From: a virus
Reading direction: 5' to 3' (one strand)
IMG/VR virus record: IMGVR_UViG_3300027797_000021
Location: 1 to 64,000 of that record
DNA: 64,000 bases
Position numbers and translations under genes: made by a program. Shown here piece after piece: positions 17,916-25,809 of this stretch (the stretch's first letter is position 1; every line of letters starts with the position of its first letter). Under the pieces are notes generated by a model that made no database searches, was not told the origin of the DNA, and worked only from the letters and a program-made list of their open reading frames with translations.

Positions 17916-18324
17916 ACGCTACTCCTGGCCAATAATATTCTAAATCAATTGCTTCATCAAAATATTGAGAATAGTATCCAAAATCTTTACGTAGAAGATT
18001 CGATCTGTGCGATCTATGAAATTCATTATTACCAAACCACGTTGGCATAATTATAGAGCTTGGTTCTATTTCTTCATAAGACATATTATTATTATATCCT
18101 CTACGAACCCATTCGCGTATAGTTGTGTTTTGATATAGCTTTAGGGCGGATTCATAACCGGTCCACATTAAGGTAACCGGATGATTACGCCACCCCGTGG
18201 TCTTAGTCCTATTTAATAAAACGTTAAGAACTTGAAAACTTTCTACACGTTGTTTCCCGAGACGACGATAATCTAATACTTCTACAGACTTTTGAAAATC
18301 TGCATACGGTAGAAATGTCTGCAT
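17905..18324 (-). CDS. Pyrimidine-dimer DNA glycosylase (DenV)-like / MSMEG_6728 family protein
   Basis: MQTFLPY..F..LD.RRLGKQRVE, HP...MW.GY, SHRSNLLRKD, YYWP. Confidence 0.88.
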   Translation of the reverse strand: MQTFLPYADFQKSVEVLDYRRLGKQRVESFQVLNVLLNRTKTTGWRNHPVTLMWTGYESALKLYQNTTIREWVRRGYNNNMSYEEIEPSSIIMPTWFGNNEFHRSHRSNLLRKDFGYYSQYFDEAIDLEYYWPGVAYAS

Positions 18325-18325
18325 T

Positions 18326-18727
18326 TTAATCCTTTTTGAATTCGGTAAATGTTTTGTCGCCTACGCCAAAGTATTCTCTAGCAAGACCAGATGCTATTAT
18401 ATCGTCATTGAGACATTCTCCAACGTTATTCCAAACTTTTCCAAGGATTCTGCCATACTTTTCATTCTTGTCAAGAATTGTTTCAATTTTAATTTTATGA
18501 CCAGCCTTAGTTAACCATTGATCTGTAAATTCTTTAGCGGCTAAACCCATCTTTTTTTCTTCAAGATTAGATGTTCTGCTTTCGGGTGTATTTACACCAT
18601 ATAGCCTAATGCTTTTTGGGCCAAACTTAACTTCAAATCCCAAATCAACAATAACTTTGAGAGTATCACCGTCGACCACCTTAACGACTTCTGCGTTATA
18701 AAGGTATACATTAAATTTATCTGACAT
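18326..18727 (-). CDS. Thermonuclease (staphylococcal nuclease family), no signal peptide
   Basis: VVDGDT, IRLYGVNTPE, KYGRILG, LN..I..GLA. Confidence 0.92.
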   Translation of the reverse strand: MSDKFNVYLYNAEVVKVVDGDTLKVIVDLGFEVKFGPKSIRLYGVNTPESRTSNLEEKKMGLAAKEFTDQWLTKAGHKIKIETILDKNEKYGRILGKVWNNVGECLNDDIIASGLAREYFGVGDKTFTEFKKD

Positions 18728-18728
18728 A

Positions 18729-19520
18729 TTAATCTCTTTCTATTCCCATGTAGTCGCACGCTTTGCGAAATATTTGTTGACTTTCTTTGAACTTAGAATC
18801 TGCTTCTCCACCAACTACGGAAGACTTATGCCAGCTATGGCCAATGGAAACACTCCCGTCATAAACTACATTATATCCTAAATGTCTTGCAAAGTATGAA
18901 CACCAGGTTTCTTCGTAGTAGTGAGGAGTCGGAAGAAAAGCTCCAGTTGCACCCGGATACATTTCTTGATACTTCGGATGATTTGTCAATGCATTCCATA
19001 CTTCTCTTCGTATAAAATACGCTGAGCCTGAAACTGTTACGCAATTGACCCTATCTCTATGAAGTGAATCTTGAAGATCCAGCTCATGCCAACCACGATG
19101 CTTTGGAGCAATATTCGTACCAACAATTCCAGCGTGAGTTATGTGTCCGCTCTCGTTTCTTTGCTTGGGACCCAAGATGTGAATGTCTGGATTTTCATCA
19201 AATATATTTTGGATTTCAACTAGACTAGAAGTGCTCATCCATACGTCAGCGTTTAACAAACAGATTATATCTGCAGATCCTTTTGCAGCTAATTGATTAC
19301 ATGCTGCTGAGTAACCAATGTTGTCATTATGGTAAAATTGTTTAATTTTGTAGCGTTGATAATTATATTTTAGCCATTCAACACTATCGTCCTGAGAGTC
19401 ATTGTCTGCTATATATAGATTCCATACCTTAGGATTCTTATGCGCATCGTTGTGCAGGCAGTCTAGAAACCTATTCAGCAGAGGTCTTGTATTATAGTTA
19501 ACTATACATAGATCTATCAA
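18729..19520 (-). CDS. Glycosyltransferase family 2 (WbbL-like)
   Basis: IVNYNT, DNDSQD, NIGYSAACN, LLNAD, SGSAYFIRR, YYEET. Confidence 0.9.
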   Translation of the reverse strand: MIDLCIVNYNTRPLLNRFLDCLHNDAHKNPKVWNLYIADNDSQDDSVEWLKYNYQRYKIKQFYHNDNIGYSAACNQLAAKGSADIICLLNADVWMSTSSLVEIQNIFDENPDIHILGPKQRNESGHITHAGIVGTNIAPKHRGWHELDLQDSLHRDRVNCVTVSGSAYFIRREVWNALTNHPKYQEMYPGATGAFLPTPHYYEETWCSYFARHLGYNVVYDGSVSIGHSWHKSSVVGGEADSKFKESQQIFRKACDYMGIERD

Positions 19521-19783
19521 TTTAATTCTCCACTAAAAGTAATTGCTTCAAAAGCCATTTCCGGACTCATTCCAAAATCAATTAAACTAAAAAATTCTTG
19601 TTCAATACTTTCTAATTTATCTTCATTGAAAAATTCTTTGAATCTATTTAAATATTGATGTAGTGTTGGATTTTTTTTATGTTCTTCTGACATTTTCTTT
19701 GACCTATTCTGACCTAATGTATATCCAATTGCAAGTAAGTTGACAATGAAAAATAACCTATTACCATTCTTCATAGTCATCAT
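19517..19783 (-). CDS. Small protein with N-terminal hydrophobic segment
   Basis: LFFIVNLLAIGYTLG. Confidence 0.55.
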   Translation of the reverse strand: MMTMKNGNRLFFIVNLLAIGYTLGQNRSKKMSEEHKKNPTLHQYLNRFKEFFNEDKLESIEQEFFSLIDFGMSPEMAFEAITFSGELN

Positions 19784-19994
19784 CTATCGAATCAAAATGA
19801 TTTTCCATAGCCTGCATTCTAACAGTGTCGGCTACTCTTCTGAAAGACTCTGCATACTCGTCTTCATTCTCACTGGCAAGATAATCGTATGTTTCTGCTA
19901 TGTGCATAGCTGTTTCATAGTCTATCACTATAGCGGTTTCTCCGATTGATAGCTTAATGCTTAACTTGTTTTTACTATTCTGCTTCTTTGACAT
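19761..19994 (-). CDS. Hypothetical protein
   Basis: AAGGAAG RBS before MSKK. Confidence 0.6.
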   Translation of the reverse strand: MSKKQNSKNKLSIKLSIGETAIVIDYETAMHIAETYDYLASENEDEYAESFRRVADTVRMQAMENHFDSIDDDYEEW

Positions 19995-20193
19995 TGCTTT
20001 CTTCCTTATTATTGACTCTATGTATTGCAAGGTTGTCAGTATCTGGCTCAAATGTTACAAAAAAAATATTCTTTTCATCTAAAGAATATCCTTCCGGGGG
20101 AGGACTATCTAGCGCTATCTTCTTAGAAGAGCAACCATAGACTTGACTATGGTTTTTATATACTACCAAATAATTTAGCTTAGATGCTGGCAT
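19975..20193 (-). CDS. Hypothetical protein
   Basis: GGAGG RBS; tiles with neighbours. Confidence 0.6.
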   Translation of the reverse strand: MPASKLNYLVVYKNHSQVYGCSSKKIALDSPPPEGYSLDEKNIFFVTFEPDTDNLAIHRVNNKEESNVKEAE

Positions 20194-20635
20194 GATTTGC
20201 CTCCAAAACCTCTATGGAACACTCGGACAAAAACTTCTTCACCTTAGACCATTCCTTATAGGACTGATCCGATAAACAGTAAACTGTATCTACTGTTGAG
20301 TTAGCAATTAGTTTAGCACACGAGAAGCACGGTGGTCCATTGATATACATTTTTTTTGCTCTTGAAGAGTAGTCGGAATGCAGTAACGCATTTGCTTCTG
20401 CATGAATTGCTATGCAGTTATCATAAATGGAACCGTTTTCAGAACCCTGTGCTAGTCTCGGGCATCCGCCCTCATCACAATGCATTACCCCACTGGGCCC
20501 ACCATTGTAGCCAACTCCGACTATATGACCGTACTCATCTACTAGGATAGCGGCATATTTTCTTTTTGCGCAGGTGGAAAATATCTTAGATATGGAACTA
20601 CACAGGTCCATATATTGTTCATCTTTTCTATTCAT
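20180..20635 (-). CDS. dCMP deaminase
   Basis: STC, GYNG, HAEANAL, PCFSC. Confidence 0.93.
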   Translation of the reverse strand: MNRKDEQYMDLCSSISKIFSTCAKRKYAAILVDEYGHIVGVGYNGGPSGVMHCDEGGCPRLAQGSENGSIYDNCIAIHAEANALLHSDYSSRAKKMYINGPPCFSCAKLIANSTVDTVYCLSDQSYKEWSKVKKFLSECSIEVLEANHASI

Positions 20636-20642
20636 AAAATTA

Positions 20643-20801
20643 TTACTTTACCACCAACGCAGCCACTGCGCCTGAGACTAGACAAAGAAAGATTGCAACT
20701 GTTTTTTCTTTTCCTTTTGGAAGAGATTGGTTTAAAATTTGAAGGGAAACGCACCAATTAACAATCAGAGTAAATGCCAGGACCTTTAATATGTCAATCA
20801 T
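20643..20801 (-). CDS. 52-aa two-TM membrane protein MIDILKVLAFTLIVNWCVSLQILNQSLPKGKEKTVAIFLCLVSGAVAALVVK
   Basis: Manually translated; fills the gap between thyX and dCMP deaminase. Confidence 0.65.
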   Translation of the reverse strand: MIDILKVLAFTLIVNWCVSLQILNQSLPKGKEKTVAIFLCLVSGAVAALVVK

Positions 20802-21504
20802 GATAACCTTTAGTGAGTAGTTCTATGCAGGTCGGGAATTTGTCCAAGATCAGAGTATGTACCGCTCTTGCATATTCTTGTATTTCTTTTTGTGAATCTT
20901 CTGCCAGTCTTTGATTTAGGAAAAGAGCTACAGATTGCAAGCTAGCAGACCATCGATATATTACATGCATTCCATAAGCTGGCAAAAATAATCTAGCCTG
21001 TTCTGGTGCAACACCGTTTTGCATAGCCATAGAGTAAAGGGCTTCACCCTGAGCGATGTAATCCTGCAATTGTTGAGTTAGAAGTGATCCAGTCCAAGGA
21101 TCTATTGGTCCACCGGATCCTTGTTTTTTGTCATCTGGAGATAAACGCCACTGCTCATTGGTGGGAATATAAAACTCCGGATCCATAGTAATGTATCTTC
21201 TACTTGATTCATTCCATGAATCCATTGTATGGTCAGAACCCACTACGTATTTCCAATGCTGACGAGCGACCATAAGGGGAGCTTTTACTTCAAAAGTCAT
21301 AAATGCATGACGGAATGGTGACATATGATTTTCTCTTACCAAAAAATCTAATAGTCTTCCATCGTTAACTGTCATTTCTTTAGATTCTTTAGCAAATGAT
21401 GCTCTCGCTGCATTAACTACTGATAGGTCAGAACCCATAACGTCAACTAATCTAACGTACCCATTGTTTAATACTGTAATTAATTTATTTTCATTCTGTT
21501 CCAT
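20794..21504 (-). CDS. thyX: Flavin-dependent thymidylate synthase
   Basis: VVNAARAS, HMSPFRH, APLMVARQ, WNESSRRY, EQARLFLP, QKEIQ. Confidence 0.93.
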   Translation of the reverse strand: MEQNENKLITVLNNGYVRLVDVMGSDLSVVNAARASFAKESKEMTVNDGRLLDFLVRENHMSPFRHAFMTFEVKAPLMVARQHWKYVVGSDHTMDSWNESSRRYITMDPEFYIPTNEQWRLSPDDKKQGSGGPIDPWTGSLLTQQLQDYIAQGEALYSMAMQNGVAPEQARLFLPAYGMHVIYRWSASLQSVALFLNQRLAEDSQKEIQEYARAVHTLILDKFPTCIELLTKGYHD

Positions 21505-21847
21505 CTTCAAAATCCTCATCTTCATCGTCAGCGATTACAAAAGAGATAAAGTTATCCGTCATGCAATCATTGAAATCTTCTGATATTTTATACAGTGAAC
21601 CAAGTATATCAGACAATTCGCTATCTGGCTCGCCCAGCATATTTTCTCCGTCTAGGGAGGCTATAATTATTTCTGTAATATTCGAAATATTATCAGATAG
21701 CGCCTGTTGAATTAATAGCAGTTCTTTTGCGCCAAGTTTTACCTCTGACGCAAAAGAATCTGATATTTCTTTTAATTCATTAGAATTAACTATTTCAGAA
21801 AATTTCTTTTCAAAATCTTCATTCTCAAATTCATTTTTTTCAGACAT
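21491..21847 (-). CDS. Highly acidic hypothetical protein
   Basis: Likely start MSEKN after the RNR stop; D/E-rich tail. Confidence 0.65.
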   Translation of the reverse strand: MSEKNEFENEDFEKKFSEIVNSNELKEISDSFASEVKLGAKELLLIQQALSDNISNITEIIIASLDGENMLGEPDSELSDILGSLYKISEDFNDCMTDNFISFVIADDEDEDFEDGTE

Positions 21848-21851
21848 AGTA

Positions 21852-23786
21852 TCACTTGATTGGGCAAGCTCCGCCTTCACACTCGAGACTATCCAATAAA
21901 TCCATATTGCTAGAGTCAGTAAAGTTAATTCCATCTTTAATCTTTGACTTTAACTTGTTATATACTTCTTCAGTAATTTCCTCATACGGGGCAAGGGTAA
22001 ATCCATGCTCGCTATGTAGTAGGAACGATACTGATTTTACTTTGTTTTTATAATTCTTTTTCATCCACTCTTGAATCTCTGGAAGTTCTTCCTTCTTGTA
22101 GTAAACCGTAACGCTTACGTTATTGTCTGCCCACGTTGACTGAGCTTTAACTACCCATTCGAGTTGATTGATTGCAGTTATCTGACCTGCGAGAGTAGCA
22201 TGCTCAGGAGTCTTACATGGAAAGTCAACAACGCAGATGGTGTGATTTTCTTTACCGTCTAACCCTACGTCATACTGAACTTTGTGTCCTTTATCTCTGC
22301 AGTAATTTACGAGTGGATCGTTGCTACCCATGCGCACTCGACGTATATAGTATTTTGCGTAAGCTGGATGAATGCCCGGAGTAACTCCCGCCAACAGACT
22401 CAGGGTTCCACTGGGCTTTACTGTCGTTAATTTAATTGACTTGTTTATTCCCAGCGTAGCAGACCACTGCTCATCTATTTGCTTAAGGTTTTTATACGCT
22501 TCATCAATCCAAGATAATTGCTCTTCTGTGGATTGCAGCCACCCTGTGATACCCTGACCTAATCTTCGATTTCTCTCAATGACATCTTGACTCTTCTTGT
22601 ACGGATAGGCTAATGTTGTTATTGCCTTCTGAGTTTTATACAGCAGCATACTCACATCAAAAAGCTCTTCCTTTGAAGTGATATTAGGAAGGAAAATTTC
22701 AGCTAGATTACAAGGCTCTCCATCTTCTAGGCCAATTTCGCCACAAGGATTAGTGCCAATGACTTTTGAGTCATTGGCCTTTTCACCTAATCTACCATTT
22801 TTACGAATAAGGTTTCTATTAATCAAACCATAGGGTTCACCGGACCCATCATAACCCTTCCAGAATTCGTCAATGATCTCTTCGTACGCATCAGCATAGA
22901 TTGAATTATTTGAATTGCCACGCCAAGCGGGAATGTCACCCTTACCCCAATTCTTCGCTTTTAAGAAAAGAAAATCATCAGGGTCTCCGATAGCTATTTG
23001 GGCAGATCGTCGAGCAGAGCCCGCTACAACTATCTTTCCGATGATATTAGCTATGTCCAAGGCGTCGATTGAGCGAATCTTTTTTCCAATACGAGAATTC
23101 AAAATATCGCAAATATTCTTAATTCCCTCAATAAGAACTTCAGGGCCAGACGCTGTTCCACCAAACGTCTTCAGGGGTGCGCCATACCCTCTTACTAGAA
23201 TAGTACTATAAGTAAAGGATTCTCCAGTTTCAAAATAGCTTCTCAAAACTTTACCAAGTAACGCTGACCAACCCTTTCTTGAGTCGCCAACAATAAAGTC
23301 TGCGTCGTTAGTTTTTTCATGTCGAATAGATTGAACGTTTTGCACCTTGGGGAAATCGTGGACGCTTGCTCGCTCTACAGTAAAGCCAACGCCACCACCA
23401 ACCATTAAGTGATCCATTAAGAATTGAAAATCTTCTACTTTAGAAATTGTTGTCATCCAACAGTTCACCAGGGAGACGCCACTCATCTTCTCCACTAATG
23501 GAGTTCCCAATTGCCATAGGCAGCGCCCAGCAAAGATGCCCTTAAGATTAAAAATGTAATCAAACAGTCTTTCTGCTTCTTCTGCTGTATAGCCTGCACC
23601 TATCTTCTGAGCGCCATCTATACAACGTGCTATTGTCTCGTGCCAATATTCTTTTCTACCTAAGGACTCTATTTCTCTAGAATAGGTTCTCCGATATACT
23701 ATCTCGCCTAGACCATTAAATCCCCAAGGAGCTACCTTGTCTGCATATGAGTTTATAAAGTCTTTAGAAAGAATACTGTTTTCCAT
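21852..23786 (-). CDS. nrdJ: Class II (adenosylcobalamin-dependent) ribonucleotide reductase, RTPR type
   Basis: RTYSR, AGR.LW, LVNC, RRSA, TNPCGE, CNLAE, VKPSGT, C-terminal CEGGACP. Confidence 0.93.
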   Translation of the reverse strand: MENSILSKDFINSYADKVAPWGFNGLGEIVYRRTYSREIESLGRKEYWHETIARCIDGAQKIGAGYTAEEAERLFDYIFNLKGIFAGRCLWQLGTPLVEKMSGVSLVNCWMTTISKVEDFQFLMDHLMVGGGVGFTVERASVHDFPKVQNVQSIRHEKTNDADFIVGDSRKGWSALLGKVLRSYFETGESFTYSTILVRGYGAPLKTFGGTASGPEVLIEGIKNICDILNSRIGKKIRSIDALDIANIIGKIVVAGSARRSAQIAIGDPDDFLFLKAKNWGKGDIPAWRGNSNNSIYADAYEEIIDEFWKGYDGSGEPYGLINRNLIRKNGRLGEKANDSKVIGTNPCGEIGLEDGEPCNLAEIFLPNITSKEELFDVSMLLYKTQKAITTLAYPYKKSQDVIERNRRLGQGITGWLQSTEEQLSWIDEAYKNLKQIDEQWSATLGINKSIKLTTVKPSGTLSLLAGVTPGIHPAYAKYYIRRVRMGSNDPLVNYCRDKGHKVQYDVGLDGKENHTICVVDFPCKTPEHATLAGQITAINQLEWVVKAQSTWADNNVSVTVYYKKEELPEIQEWMKKNYKNKVKSVSFLLHSEHGFTLAPYEEITEEVYNKLKSKIKDGINFTDSSNMDLLDSLECEGGACPIK

Positions 23787-24504
23787 TTTTATCTCCTGTG
23801 TTAATTGCTATTGTTTTTATGTATTTATTATTAGTTTTAGCTAGTTCAGCTAATTTTATTTTCTTAATTTGTTCTACTGAATAAACGTTATGTATTTGCT
23901 TCTCAAAGAAGTAGCCACTTCTCCAATTGAAAACCTTATCTACATTAGACTTATGGTTCATGAATATATTACATATAACAGCCCCACCGTATGCTTTAAC
24001 TAAGTTAGTTAGTTTGTCCTTTAGTATCGATGCATCGACTTTAGACATGTCTTCAAACTCTTCAGCTTTTTGGTATAGCCAATTGTAAGCTTGTCTTGTA
24101 ATGGGAGATATATCTATCGGATCTATTATACCCAATACTATGATCTCATTTCTCATTGAATTAATTTTTACATCTTCTTTTAGAATATCTACGTAAAGAG
24201 TAAACCAATCATTTTTACTGAATTGAGCCCAGCCTGTACACCAAAATAATAGATTTGTAGCAGGGTCGGGGATAGTCGTTTTTTCCATCAGAGGAAGTAT
24301 AGTAGCACAACTGATAGCCTTCTTTACATGTTCTTTTGCAGCTTCTTGATTTTGCATTTTGTTAACGGAGTTTTTCCATAGAGTAGCAATTGAGTCCTGC
24401 CACGATATGTCAGCGACGTAGAGCTTGAGGTACTTTTCGGCAACGCTTATAGGGAGCGAGTTATTATCAATGGCCTGTTGTACTTCTTGTATAGACATCA
24501 TCAA
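23764..24504 (-). CDS. Hypothetical helical protein
   Basis: AAGGA RBS; first large gene of the early/middle block. Confidence 0.7.
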   Translation of the reverse strand: MMMSIQEVQQAIDNNSLPISVAEKYLKLYVADISWQDSIATLWKNSVNKMQNQEAAKEHVKKAISCATILPLMEKTTIPDPATNLLFWCTGWAQFSKNDWFTLYVDILKEDVKINSMRNEIIVLGIIDPIDISPITRQAYNWLYQKAEEFEDMSKVDASILKDKLTNLVKAYGGAVICNIFMNHKSNVDKVFNWRSGYFFEKQIHNVYSVEQIKKIKLAELAKTNNKYIKTIAINTGDKNGKQYSF

Positions 24505-24560
24505 TCCTTAATAGTTCCAGATAAAATTATGTAAACATATATACTTGCCCAAGAAAACAG

Positions 24561-24589
24561 ACAACCCCGCCTCATGTGGACGGGGTTGT
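24561..24589 (-). terminator. GC-rich hairpin (terminator or attenuator)
   Basis: ACAACCCCGTC-cacatga-GGCGGGGTTGT then CTGTTTTC on the minus strand. Confidence 0.65.
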
Positions 24590-24615
24590 TGTAACAATGG
24601 CTTTCTCATTCCTGC

Positions 24616-24624
24616 ATTATAGCA
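24616..24624 (-). promoter_or_regulatory. Extended -10 promoter TGCTATAAT
   Basis: Identical 9-mer to 2889-2897; ATG 6 nt downstream at 24609. Confidence 0.6.
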
Positions 24625-24652
24625 TGAGAGTGCCAGATTATGTTCTATTGAA

Positions 24653-24853
24653 TTAATTTTTTATTGTTGCTGCACTCTCGGGATCACCCATTTTTGTTGC
24701 AACCAAACCTTTAACAACACTTATTGCTGCTGCAACTGCAGCTGTAGCTGCTGACTTGATTTCATCAACACCACCTACTGTGTAAACAGCAATAAAAGCT
24801 TGCGCCGCTGTCCATATAGCTCTTTCTAAAATGTCTTTTTGTAATTTATTCAT
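24653..24853 (-). CDS. Holin (r1t-type, as in actinobacteriophages)
   Basis: LERAIWTAAQAFIA...AAAISVVK two-TM pattern; GGAGG RBS. Confidence 0.8.
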   Translation of the reverse strand: MNKLQKDILERAIWTAAQAFIAVYTVGGVDEIKSAATAAVAAAISVVKGLVATKMGDPESAATIKN

Positions 24854-24863
24854 AATGCCTCCC

Positions 24864-25112
24864 TTAGGAAAAATTCTTTCTAATTAGCTTCTCTATAAGA
24901 AGATGAAAAGTTAAACCTAGCCACACTCCTGTGAATATGCTTCCTGTTATTCTATTTTCTGTATGCCTCCAAAAAGCTCGAGTTAGTGTCTCGATTTTTT
25001 TGGACTTTATAGCATATATGTCATACGCTATAATCCCGAGGGCTAAACCGCCCCAAGCTATGGTCCCACTTTTTTTATCATCTCTTTCCAAGATGAGCGG
25101 GGTGCCAAACAT
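24864..25112 (-). CDS. Membrane protein (AW..L..GI.AYD..ETL...HL type)
   Basis: Two hydrophobic helices; adjacent to the holin. Confidence 0.65.
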   Translation of the reverse strand: MFGTPLILERDDKKSGTIAWGGLALGIIAYDIYAIKSKKIETLTRAFWRHTENRITGSIFTGVWLGLTFHLLIEKLIRKNFS

Positions 25113-25113
25113 C

Positions 25114-25746
25114 TTAGAGAGCTTTAGCGGAAGGAACTCCATTAAATTCTTGGACCTTTTCACGACCATAATCTCCAGTAGTATTTGCCTGACCATAACC
25201 GCTAGTGAATATTACAGTGCTAGTGACACCATTAAATTGAGTCGGTTGGAAGAATCCAAACGAAGCAGCTGCGCCAGCAGCATCTGTGCGCTGAGCATGG
25301 CCGGTGTTGGCAAAAATATCAGCAGAGGGTACACCGTCAAATATATTGTTATCATATAGAGCGTAATCGTTAACTCTGTTGTATGCATGTCCAAACGTTG
25401 AGGGGAATGCAGATGCGCCAGCTAAGCCCTTGTATTCATTGGGCTTAAATCTAGCTCCATCATACGTAGCAGAACCGTCAGGGAACGTTCCAGAAAGGGG
25501 ATGAACGTATAACGTAGATCCGTTAAATATCTGGGACATAAATCTATTGCCCGGGAACTGGCCGGTGCCAGGATCAAAATGATTGTCCGGAGCACCATCT
25601 AAAACATGACTTGTGCTGTATAGTGGATAAAAAGAGTAAGTGCCAGTGCCCTTAGCTTTTCCTGTCATTGATGTAAGTGGGTTGACCATTCCGGCAGTGG
25701 TTCTACCCTTTAAAACTGGTCTAGGTCCTACGTAAAACGTTGCCAT
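25114..25746 (-). CDS. Gly/Thr/aromatic-rich late protein, possibly structural
   Basis: Strong AAGGAG RBS; TACTATA about 30 nt upstream. Confidence 0.65.
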   Translation of the reverse strand: MATFYVGPRPVLKGRTTAGMVNPLTSMTGKAKGTGTYSFYPLYSTSHVLDGAPDNHFDPGTGQFPGNRFMSQIFNGSTLYVHPLSGTFPDGSATYDGARFKPNEYKGLAGASAFPSTFGHAYNRVNDYALYDNNIFDGVPSADIFANTGHAQRTDAAGAAASFGFFQPTQFNGVTSTVIFTSGYGQANTTGDYGREKVQEFNGVPSAKAL

Positions 25747-25778
25747 TTATTTTCTCCTTATAAAAAGATACGTGTCTT

Positions 25779-25785
25779 TATAGTA
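25779..25785 (-). promoter_or_regulatory. Putative late promoter motif TACTATA
   Basis: Third intergenic copy of the motif. Confidence 0.45.
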
Positions 25786-25809
25786 CACCTGAAATGTTTT
25801 TTTTAAACC

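Noticed and set aside
7448-23786. Inteins or introns in dnaE, dnaB or nrdJ
   Set aside because: Lengths are normal, motifs are collinear, and no intein C...HN signature is present
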